A stretch of 64,000 nucleotides of DNA from Bacilli bacterium (GTDB taxonomy: Bacteria > Bacillota_I > Bacilli_A > RFN20 > CAG-826). Location: assembly GCA_045114745.1 (NCBI GenBank), contig JBGULD010000005.1, positions 1,467 through 65,466 on the forward strand, given 5' to 3'. Positions 45,610 to 54,161 of this stretch are shown here, piece by piece (positions within the stretch are counted from its first letter, which is position 1; each line of letters starts with the position of its first letter). Below the pieces are notes generated by a model, which saw only the letters and a list, made by a program, of their open reading frames with translations, made no database searches and had not been told where the DNA came from. The position numbers and the translations under genes were made by a program.

Positions 45610-46743
45610 TTATAAGTTATTTCTTTTTACATGTTGTTTTTTTAAAACAATGGAAGAATAATAATCCTCAAGCCAGCGAACAGAATAATTGATATTGTAA
45701 TTGCTGTTTTCAAGTGCTAATTTATTATTTCTTTTTGTGAGGTCAGCTTCAAGGATCGATTTGGCCCACAAATTGTAATCCGTTAACGATAAATAAATAC
45801 AGGAGTCGGTTATATCGACTTCTTTTGTAATTGAGTCACTAAGAAAACATTTGGTCCCTGACGCTTGTGCCTCCACAACGGATAAAGGTAGTCCTTCCCA
45901 AATGGATGGAAGAACAAAGGCATCAAAGGCTTGTAAAATATCATTTACATTTTTCACCATGCCTGTAAATAAAATATGATTAGCAATACCGGAATCAATA
46001 GCTTTTTTTTCAATCTCTTTGCGCTGTTTTCCATCGCCAATCCAAATAAAAAATATTTTTTTATTATAAGATAGAAGATCGTTAATTATTTGTAACGTTC
46101 CGATCGGATTCTTTGGTTCGGTAAAGTTGCAAATAGTACCAGCAACAATTGTTTCTTCATTGATTCCTAGTTCGAGCCTTATTCTTTTTCGCACATCATT
46201 ATCAAAAACAAAGCTATCAACATCTATTGCATTTGTTAATACATCGTATTCTTTCTTTTTATATATCCACTCTCCCGCATCTTTTGAACAAGCTAAACAA
46301 TAATCAGATTTTTGTTCAATTCTTTTGGCGAGCACAGATTTTATGACTTTTTTAAAAGAATTAATATTTGTTGGGGAACTATGAATGTGACCAATGGTAG
46401 TAATTCCATATTTTTTTGCAATACTAAAATATATTGGAGAAATTGTAAAAAAATGACCATGGATGATATCGATATCGGAATTTGTTTTAAAAAAGTCATT
46501 CCACCACTTTTTATAAAAAAAATAGTTCAATACTGTAATATGAGGCGCAGTATATATCTTTGAACCGGACTTTTTAATCTCGTCCTCATATAGTCCTTCT
46601 TCCTTTGTGTGTTTAACAAAATCGATTTGAAATCTGTTCTTATCTATTTTTCTAAATAGATTTAAAAACATAGTTTCCGAACCACCACTATTTAGTGTTG
46701 AAAAAACACATATGACCCTAATTTTATTATTTGCTGTCATCAA
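45610..46743 (-). CDS. GT4-family glycosyltransferase
   Basis: The 377-aa ORF has the C-terminal PSIWEGLPLSVVEAQASG (EX7E) motif. Confidence 0.8.
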   Translation of the reverse strand: MMTANNKIRVICVFSTLNSGGSETMFLNLFRKIDKNRFQIDFVKHTKEEGLYEDEIKKSGSKIYTAPHITVLNYFFYKKWWNDFFKTNSDIDIIHGHFFTISPIYFSIAKKYGITTIGHIHSSPTNINSFKKVIKSVLAKRIEQKSDYCLACSKDAGEWIYKKKEYDVLTNAIDVDSFVFDNDVRKRIRLELGINEETIVAGTICNFTEPKNPIGTLQIINDLLSYNKKIFFIWIGDGKQRKEIEKKAIDSGIANHILFTGMVKNVNDILQAFDAFVLPSIWEGLPLSVVEAQASGTKCFLSDSITKEVDITDSCIYLSLTDYNLWAKSILEADLTKRNNKLALENSNYNINYSVRWLEDYYSSIVLKKQHVKRNNL

Positions 46744-47635
46744 TAATAATCTTTTCTCCTAATTTTGTTTCCCATTCCTCTGGTTTCATTGGCCAAAAAC
46801 CTCCACCATGAAAGAATGTATATTCTCCAAAATAAACTTTTTCATCTATTTCATATAAATCAATTCTAACAAACGGAATCCCTTTAGATAATTCTTGAGC
46901 GACTTCGACCATTCTATTGAAGTTCTTTGGTTTACTAATGGTCTTATCTGAATTCGGATGTATATTTTGAATATCAAGGTGATTAAAATTCATATCATAG
47001 AAATCAAATCTACAATCTGTATTTCTATCTGATGCGATAAACATGATTTCAGCCTTACCATTAAAGCAAAAAAACTTATAGTCTTTAAGTCCTTCACCAT
47101 CCGCTTGTTTCATAAGTCGTTCGGCCATTATTTGTGGTTTCACCTTTTTATATGGGTACTCTCTTCCTATGGCATAGATGTTTGTTTTTAATCTTGAATT
47201 ATAAAACTTCTTCAAATATTTATGATCTATTTTATCTTTATCACGAACAATGGTAACACTGCTAGAATCGTGATTGCATTTAAGAACAAATTCGTTTGGT
47301 AACGAATCAAAATCTATATCTTCATATTTTTCCCAATGGCCCAAAATATCGAAACATATGTCCTCACCAATTTTGCTGTTAACAATGTCCCTAACTTTTA
47401 TTTTGTCAACATAATTAGAATATTCCCAGTTAATCATGTGTAGTTTTAGCCAATTTTGTTTATCGCAAAATGTGACCGGTTTTTTTAAATTGAGTTTTTT
47501 TCCTGTTTTAATCCAGAAAACGATTTTTAAATATAAATAAGATGGAATAAATCTAAAAAATGAAATAAATTTTAATCTTCTTTCTTGGTTCTTAAAAACT
47601 TTTTTATAATTTATAAATTCTTTAAACGTACTCAT
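46727..47635 (-). CDS. TupA-like ATP-grasp amidoligase
   Basis: DYKFFCFNGKAEIMFIASDR and VRIDLYEIDEKVYFGEYTFFHGGG are typical of the TupA-like ATP-grasp family. The start is at the ATG at 47635, in an ATGA overlap with the upstream epimerase stop. Confidence 0.7.
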   Translation of the reverse strand: MSTFKEFINYKKVFKNQERRLKFISFFRFIPSYLYLKIVFWIKTGKKLNLKKPVTFCDKQNWLKLHMINWEYSNYVDKIKVRDIVNSKIGEDICFDILGHWEKYEDIDFDSLPNEFVLKCNHDSSSVTIVRDKDKIDHKYLKKFYNSRLKTNIYAIGREYPYKKVKPQIMAERLMKQADGEGLKDYKFFCFNGKAEIMFIASDRNTDCRFDFYDMNFNHLDIQNIHPNSDKTISKPKNFNRMVEVAQELSKGIPFVRIDLYEIDEKVYFGEYTFFHGGGFWPMKPEEWETKLGEKIIIDDSK

Positions 47636-48609
47636 AATAAATTCTTTTTGTACCAATCAATCGCCTGTTCAAGACCTTTTTCAAAATTATATTCAGGATT
47701 ATAACCTAGATATTTTTTGGCTTTAGAAATATCGGCGTTACTGTGTTTTATATCACCTTTTCTTTCGGGGCCGAAAATCGGTTGCAAATCTGTTTTTAAA
47801 AGCGATGCAATGCTGTTATAAACATCAATGAGATATTCTCTGCCACCAAAAGCAATATTATAAACCCTGCCCGCGGCTTCGTGGCCGGCAAGACAAGCTT
47901 TCAAATTTGCCTCTATGACATTTTCGATATATGTAAAATCTCTTGATTGTTTTCCATCGCCGTTAATTGTTGGCCGCTCATTATGAAGTAATTGTTTAAT
48001 AAATCTTGGAATTACTGCCGCATAAGCTCCATTGGGATCCTGTCTTCGACCAAAAACATTAAAATATCTAAGCCCATAAGTTTCGAGCCCAAAATGCATT
48101 GTATATTGTTTGGCCCACTCCTCATCGCACATCTTTGTCAAAGCGTAAGGAGAGAGCAAATTTCCTTCCTTGCCTTCTCTTTTTGGTAATTCTTCTTCAT
48201 CACCGTAAACACTACTAGAGGAAGCGTAAACAAACTTTTTAACCCCTGACAATCTAGCCGCTTCCATCATATTTAAAGTTCCCAAAATATTATTTTGGCA
48301 ATAAAAAACTGGCAATTCTAAACTTCTCGGAACGCTGCCCCAGGCCGCTTGGTGCAAAACAAAATCAATGCCTCGACACGCTTTTAAACAATCTTCAATA
48401 TTTTTAACATCGCCACAAATAAATTCATAATTTTTATTCTCGATGAACATGTCGACATTTTCTTTTTTTCCTGTCGAAAGATCGTCAAGGCAGCGAACTT
48501 TATATCCCATATTTAAAATGGCTTCACATAAATTTGAACCAATAAAACCTGCGCCACCAGTAACCAAAAAAACAGTATTCTTAGGAAAAATCAAATCTTT
48601 ATAACCCAT
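47632..48609 (-). CDS. NAD-dependent UDP-sugar (UDP-GlcNAc/UDP-GlcNAcA) 4-epimerase, TviC/WbpP-like
   Basis: VFLVTGGAGFIGSNL is present, with ASSSSVYG and YALTK forming the SDR catalytic triad. It is paired with a TviB/WbpO/WbpA-like dehydrogenase. Confidence 0.8.
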   Translation of the reverse strand: MGYKDLIFPKNTVFLVTGGAGFIGSNLCEAILNMGYKVRCLDDLSTGKKENVDMFIENKNYEFICGDVKNIEDCLKACRGIDFVLHQAAWGSVPRSLELPVFYCQNNILGTLNMMEAARLSGVKKFVYASSSSVYGDEEELPKREGKEGNLLSPYALTKMCDEEWAKQYTMHFGLETYGLRYFNVFGRRQDPNGAYAAVIPRFIKQLLHNERPTINGDGKQSRDFTYIENVIEANLKACLAGHEAAGRVYNIAFGGREYLIDVYNSIASLLKTDLQPIFGPERKGDIKHSNADISKAKKYLGYNPEYNFEKGLEQAIDWYKKNLL

Positions 48610-48610
48610 C

Positions 48611-49930
48611 TCATAGTCTCCAGTATCTATATCCCAATTCTATCAATTGTTTTTTATCTCTAGATCCCTTAACATCAATGATAATGTTTTTTGAATTATC
48701 TAAATCTTTGAACATTTTTTGTATCTCATCATTAGATAGTTGGCTAAACTGCGTGTGCATGACAGCAATAATTAAGCAATCCAAATCAACCAGGGAAGAA
48801 ATACTAACTAAATCAATATCATAAAACCGCTTCACGTCGACCGAATCGGCAACAGGATCACAAACAATAGGATTAATTCCATATTCTTTCAATTCTTTTA
48901 TGATATCATAAACTTTACTATTTCTTACATCTGGGCAATTTTCTTTAAAAGTAATGCCAAGAATACCGATTTTAGATTCCTTAATATACTTATTGGCTTT
49001 AATTAATTGCTTAACGGTTTGTTCGGCAACATATTTGCCCATATCATCATTGATTCTTCTTCCGGCAAGAATAACTTGTGAATGATATCCAAATTGCTCA
49101 GCGCGATAAGTTAAATAATATGGATCAATACCAATACAATGCCCTCCGACTAAACCAGGTCTAAACGGAAGAAAATTCCATTTCGTTCCTGCTGCTTCCA
49201 AAACTTCCAATGTATCAATTCCCATTTTATTAAAAATAATCGAGAGTTCATTCATAAATGCAATATTAATGTCTCGTTGCGAATTCTCAATAACTTTAGC
49301 TGCTTCAGCAACTTTTATAGAGCTAGCTCTATGAACACCGGCTTTAACAACTATCTCGTAAACATGAGCAATTTCATCTAAAGAATCTTCGTCTATTCCA
49401 GACACTATTTTTTTAATTGTTGTTAGTCTATGTATTTTATCTCCAGGATTTATTCTTTCTGGGGAATAACCGACCTTAAAATCAACACCGCATTTTAAAC
49501 CCGATTCTTTTTCTAAAATCGGAACACAAATTTCTTCCGTGACCCCCGGATAAACTGTAGACTCATAAACGACAATAGACCCTCTTCTTAGGTTGCGTCC
49601 AACAATTGTTGAAGAACTTATCACCGGTATTAAATCAGGTGTCGTGTCATCATTTACTGGTGTGGGGACCGCAACAATAATAAACTTTGCTTCTTTGAGT
49701 TTAGTTTCATCGTGAGTCCATTCAACATTTGATTTTCTAATTTCGTCGTCGCCAACTTCTTTTGTTGGATCCTCGCCTCTAATATATGCCTCAACCTTTT
49801 CTTTATTGATGTCGAAGCCAATAACGTTTATATATTTAGAAAATTCAACAGCGATTGGCATTCCGACATATCCAAGACCCACCAATGCTAACTTTTCTTT
49901 TTTTTCGATTATCGAATTATATATTCCCAT
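48611..49930 (-). CDS. UDP-N-acetyl-hexosamine 6-dehydrogenase (nucleotide-sugar dehydrogenase, TviB/WbpA/WbpO-like)
   Basis: The 439-aa ORF has LALVGLGYVGMPIA (Rossmann motif) and GLVGGHCIGIDPYY (catalytic Cys). Confidence 0.8.
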   Translation of the reverse strand: MGIYNSIIEKKEKLALVGLGYVGMPIAVEFSKYINVIGFDINKEKVEAYIRGEDPTKEVGDDEIRKSNVEWTHDETKLKEAKFIIVAVPTPVNDDTTPDLIPVISSSTIVGRNLRRGSIVVYESTVYPGVTEEICVPILEKESGLKCGVDFKVGYSPERINPGDKIHRLTTIKKIVSGIDEDSLDEIAHVYEIVVKAGVHRASSIKVAEAAKVIENSQRDINIAFMNELSIIFNKMGIDTLEVLEAAGTKWNFLPFRPGLVGGHCIGIDPYYLTYRAEQFGYHSQVILAGRRINDDMGKYVAEQTVKQLIKANKYIKESKIGILGITFKENCPDVRNSKVYDIIKELKEYGINPIVCDPVADSVDVKRFYDIDLVSISSLVDLDCLIIAVMHTQFSQLSNDEIQKMFKDLDNSKNIIIDVKGSRDKKQLIELGYRYWRL

Positions 49931-49956
49931 TGTGATACTCCTTATTTTAAAACATC

Positions 49957-51057
49957 TTATTTATTATTATAGATTTTATTAATTAGATTAATATACAAAC
50001 TTATAATTATATTTCTATCAAATTCTTTTTCCATTTTATGTCTTCCATTTAATCCCATTTCGATTTTTTTGTCGTGAGGTAAATTAATGAATGACTCTAC
50101 GGCATCCAAAAGCGATTCTTCGTTTTTTGGTTCGAATCCAATTCCAGAAAAACCATCATCAAATGTTTCTTTACATCCAGGAACTAAACTGGCTAAAATC
50201 GGTCTCCCGCAAGCGGCGGTTTCTAGAAGAACATTTGACATTCCTTCATGATATGAAGGATGTACCGTTGCATTGGACTGTTTAATAATATCGTGAATAT
50301 CATTTCTTTGACCTAAAAAGTTAATAATATTCAAATCTACCGCATTTTTAATCTTTTTTTCGTAATCATCTTCCAAAGGACCAACTAATGTGAAAGTAAC
50401 ATTGTCATATTTTTTTCTAATTGCGCTCGCGGCATACAATAATTCATCAATTCCTTTATCCTTAAGAATTCTCCCTATCGTAACGAAAGAGATCTTGCCA
50501 TTATCTTCTGGATATTTTTCATAGGGGTTTTCAATAAGATTGATTCCAGAACCTGGAATAATCACACTATTTGATATTGGGTTTAAAATGTTCTTTTCTT
50601 TAAAAAGATATTGATTTGCCTTATTTTGGAAAAAAACAGTATTTGCTTTTTTGATTCCTTTTTTATAAAGAAAAAGGGTTATTTTGGAAATAAATCCACC
50701 ATTTTCTATAGCATTTCCCAATCCAGTAACATTAACGATATAAGGAATGTTTTGTCGTTGACAAGCAATGCCACCATAAATATTGGGTTTAATTGTATAT
50801 GTTAACACAACATCGGGTTTTATTTTTTTAATGATTTTTTTATAAAAAAACATTAATTTTAAGTCAACGAACGGATTTTTTCCATGTCTACTTATTTTTG
50901 TATCTATAAAATCGCAACCCTTTTCTTGAAAAAAATTAACGTTTTCGCCATAAGGAAGCGAAAGAAAAACTTCATTGTTTTTTAGTAATTCAAAAATTAA
51001 TTCTTTCCTAAAACGATAAAGGCCAACATCATTATTTGCTAATATTAATATTTTCAT
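49957..51057 (-). CDS. GT4-family glycosyltransferase
   Basis: MKILILANNDVGLYRFRKEL and the C-terminal PSYHEGMSNVLLETAACG (EX7E) motif. Confidence 0.8.
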   Translation of the reverse strand: MKILILANNDVGLYRFRKELIFELLKNNEVFLSLPYGENVNFFQEKGCDFIDTKISRHGKNPFVDLKLMFFYKKIIKKIKPDVVLTYTIKPNIYGGIACQRQNIPYIVNVTGLGNAIENGGFISKITLFLYKKGIKKANTVFFQNKANQYLFKEKNILNPISNSVIIPGSGINLIENPYEKYPEDNGKISFVTIGRILKDKGIDELLYAASAIRKKYDNVTFTLVGPLEDDYEKKIKNAVDLNIINFLGQRNDIHDIIKQSNATVHPSYHEGMSNVLLETAACGRPILASLVPGCKETFDDGFSGIGFEPKNEESLLDAVESFINLPHDKKIEMGLNGRHKMEKEFDRNIIISLYINLINKIYNNK

Positions 51058-51641
51058 TTAATTTTCTTTACCGGGACACCAACATATGTTCCGCCATCAT
51101 TTATTGACTTCAAAACAAGTGAACCCGCTCCTATTATCGCATTTTGACAAATTGAAATATTGTTTATTATATTTGAACCAAGTCCAACAAATACATTTGA
51201 TCCAATCGTTACATTTCCTCCAGTTTTGGCACCAACAGAAATGTGCGTGTTTTCTCCAATATGATTATCATGTTCTATGATTGAACCACTATTAATAATG
51301 CAATGTTTTCCAATTTTGCTTCCTGAATTAATTACAGCATTTGGCATAACAACTGTGCCGTCTCCGATTTTGACGCTCGGCGAAATAATAGAAGATGGGT
51401 GAATGGCGGTGTGCCAATTAACTTTTATTTTTGACAGCTTTGTTCTAAGAACAAAATCTCCTACGCCTATTACAAAAAAGCAATCAGAATACAAACCATA
51501 GCTAGAAATAGGACCAGCTGCATCTTTGTTATTTTTGTCATCATCTAACATTGCAATGACATCATTTCCTTCTGCAATGATAATGTCTTTAATAACATGA
51601 GCATGGCCGCCCGCTCCAAAAATGACAATCTTTTTCTTCAT
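51054..51641 (-). CDS. NeuD/PglD-family sugar N/O-acetyltransferase
   Basis: It has an N-terminal Rossmann-like KKIVIFGAGGHAHVI followed by C-terminal LbH repeats. Size is 195 aa. Neighbours are PglC/PglE-like genes. Confidence 0.8.
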   Translation of the reverse strand: MKKKIVIFGAGGHAHVIKDIIIAEGNDVIAMLDDDKNNKDAAGPISSYGLYSDCFFVIGVGDFVLRTKLSKIKVNWHTAIHPSSIISPSVKIGDGTVVMPNAVINSGSKIGKHCIINSGSIIEHDNHIGENTHISVGAKTGGNVTIGSNVFVGLGSNIINNISICQNAIIGAGSLVLKSINDGGTYVGVPVKKIK

Positions 51642-51644
51642 ATA

Positions 51645-52316
51645 TTATTTTCCTTTAAACTCTTCTGTTGTAGCACATTGGTTGTGATTGATTCCTTTTC
51701 GAGAAAAAACCACAAAAACCGTTTTAAATATTATACTTACATCACCAAATAAAGAAATATGTTTAGTATAATAAACATCCAATTCAAATTTATGTTCCCA
51801 AGATAGAGCGTTTCTTCCATTGACTTGAGCAAGACCAGTCAATCCAGGTCTAACGTCATGTCTATGTTTTTGCTCTTCAGTATATCTAGCAAGATATTGA
51901 ACCAACAAAGGACGCGGACCAACAATACTCATATTACCAATGAAAATGTTGAATAATTCCGGTAATTCATCTAAACTTGTTTTTCTTAAAAATTTTCCAT
52001 ATTTAGTGAGACGTTTTTCATCACTTAAATAATTGCCGTTTTCATCTTTTTCGCAAGTCATGCTTCTATATTTGATGAGTTTAAATATTTTTTCTTTTTT
52101 ACCTGGTCTTTCTTGAACAAAGAATGGATTGCCCTTCATTGTGATAGAACCAACAATAATTAAGACAACCATTAATGGAGACAAAACAAGTATCGCCAAA
52201 AAGCTCAATAAAATATCGTAAAATCTTTTAAAAAATGGTTTATAAAAAAGAATGGATAAAAGCACCCAAATAATAATAGATCCTAACACTATGGCTAATA
52301 TCCAATACCATTCCAT
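51645..52316 (-). CDS. Small monotopic phosphoglycosyl transferase (bacterial sugar transferase, PglC/WbaP-C-terminal type)
   Basis: FKLIKYRSM, TSLDELPELFN, MSIVGPRP and RPGLTGLAQV motifs are present. Size is 223 aa. Confidence 0.85.
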   Translation of the reverse strand: MEWYWILAIVLGSIIIWVLLSILFYKPFFKRFYDILLSFLAILVLSPLMVVLIIVGSITMKGNPFFVQERPGKKEKIFKLIKYRSMTCEKDENGNYLSDEKRLTKYGKFLRKTSLDELPELFNIFIGNMSIVGPRPLLVQYLARYTEEQKHRHDVRPGLTGLAQVNGRNALSWEHKFELDVYYTKHISLFGDVSIIFKTVFVVFSRKGINHNQCATTEEFKGK

Positions 52317-52321
52317 ATCAA

Positions 52322-53521
52322 TTATTCAAAACATGCTCGGATGAGTTCTATTACTCTATCCTGCTCCTCTTTTGTCATTTTATTATCGGAAGGAAGACAT
52401 AGTCCTCTTTCAAATATATCTTCATTAACTGCTTGTTCATTAACTTTAACAAAAGCTCTACCACTATAAATAGGTTGCATATGCATTGGTTTCCAAATTG
52501 GTCTGCCTTCAGCATCATGCTCCGCTAAAACATCTAAGATTTCAGTTGGACATGTTTTACCATGTTCCTTAACATATGTTGCCTTTAGCTCAGTTCTTTC
52601 TTGCTTACACATCGCTTCTTTATTGATGGTTAAACAAGATAACCAATAGTTTGGTTCACTATTGACTTCATCAAATGGGTTCATTTGAATTGGTAAATCT
52701 TTAAGACCTTCTTTATATCTAAGATAAATAGCTTTCTTTTGAGCAATATGTTCATCTAAATGAGGAAGTTGCCCTCTAATAACACCAGCGATAACATTAC
52801 TAAGTCTATAGTTATATCCCATATCAACATGTTGATACCAAGGAGCCGGTTCTCTTGATTGAGTGGACCACTTTCTCACTTTTTTAGCCAAATCAATATC
52901 ATTAGTTAATAACATACCACCACAAGAACCGGTGATAATCTTATTACCGTTGAAGGAAATAACATTCCAATCACCAAAGGATCCGGTTTGTCTTCCTTTA
53001 TAAGTCGCGCCAAAGGATTCCGCGGCATCTTCGATGAGTATGGCGTTATGTTTATCACAGACCGCTTTGATTTCATCAATTTTGCCTGGTGTGCCATATA
53101 AATGAGCCACCACCACGACTTTTACTTGAGGATATAATTCAAAGGCCTTAGCCAAGGCGTTTGGATCCATATTCCAAGTATCTCTTTCAGAGTCGACGAA
53201 TATCTGAATACCACCTTCGTATGAAATTGGATTGACTGTCGCACTAAATGTCATGTCAGAACAAAAGACGTAGTCACCTTGTTTGATACCCGCTAATTTC
53301 ATCGCTAAATGTAACGCGGATGTTCCACAAGAAAGACCTACTGCGTATTTAACACCAATCTTTTCAGCGCATTCTTTTTCAACTTCATCTATGTTTTTAC
53401 CAACTGTTGACATCCAGTTAGTATCATATGCTTCTTGAACATATTTAATTTCTTCACCATGCATCGTCGGTGAACTGAGATAGATATGCTTATCTAACGG
53501 TTTAATATCTTTGCAAAACAT
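52322..53521 (-). CDS. DegT-family sugar aminotransferase (PglE-like)
   Basis: The 399-aa ORF has CGTSALHLA and ISFNGNKIITGSCGG (PLP lysine region). Confidence 0.85.
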   Translation of the reverse strand: MFCKDIKPLDKHIYLSSPTMHGEEIKYVQEAYDTNWMSTVGKNIDEVEKECAEKIGVKYAVGLSCGTSALHLAMKLAGIKQGDYVFCSDMTFSATVNPISYEGGIQIFVDSERDTWNMDPNALAKAFELYPQVKVVVVAHLYGTPGKIDEIKAVCDKHNAILIEDAAESFGATYKGRQTGSFGDWNVISFNGNKIITGSCGGMLLTNDIDLAKKVRKWSTQSREPAPWYQHVDMGYNYRLSNVIAGVIRGQLPHLDEHIAQKKAIYLRYKEGLKDLPIQMNPFDEVNSEPNYWLSCLTINKEAMCKQERTELKATYVKEHGKTCPTEILDVLAEHDAEGRPIWKPMHMQPIYSGRAFVKVNEQAVNEDIFERGLCLPSDNKMTKEEQDRVIELIRACFE

Positions 53522-53537
53522 ATATCATTTCTACCTC

Positions 53538-54161
53538 CTAACTTTGTTTTCCTTCGATGACATCTTTTTGTGAGATCACACTACCAATTGTTTTAAAGAT
53601 AATTTTTATATCAAGCCATAAGCTGAATTGATGCAAATAATATGCATCTAATCTCACCTTTTCTTCTACTGTTATTGTGTCCCTTCCATTTAACTGTGCC
53701 CAACCCGTTAATCCCGGTCTAATGATTTCAACATCATTATTATTTCTTCCTTCAATTAAATCTAATTGACTCCATAAGGCAGGTCTAGGCCCAATAAATG
53801 ACATATGTCCCACAAATACATTAAATAGCTGTGGTAATTCATCTATAGATGTTTTTCTAATGAATTTACCAAACTTGGTAATGTATTTGTTTGGATTCTC
53901 CAATAAATGTGTTGGTAAATCACTTGGAGTGTTTTTATTCATGCTTCTAAATTTTAGAATCAAGAACTCTTTATTATTCTTTCCCATTCTTCTTTGTCTA
54001 AAGACAGGGAATGCTTTTGTATCTATCCACACAATGATTCCGATAATAAATAAGAATGGAGATAAGATGAGGATAGATATGAATGAGAACAAGACATCGA
54101 ACAATCTCTTAAATGGGAGATATATCTTTTGTCTTGTTGTTAATACACCATTACTTTTCAT
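53538..54161 (-). CDS. Second small monotopic phosphoglycosyl transferase
   Basis: LILKFRSM, TSIDELPQLFN, MSFIGPRP and RPGLTGWAQL motifs are present. Size is 207 aa. It is a paralogue of 51645..52316. Confidence 0.85.
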   Translation of the reverse strand: MKSNGVLTTRQKIYLPFKRLFDVLFSFISILILSPFLFIIGIIVWIDTKAFPVFRQRRMGKNNKEFLILKFRSMNKNTPSDLPTHLLENPNKYITKFGKFIRKTSIDELPQLFNVFVGHMSFIGPRPALWSQLDLIEGRNNNDVEIIRPGLTGWAQLNGRDTITVEEKVRLDAYYLHQFSLWLDIKIIFKTIGSVISQKDVIEGKQS

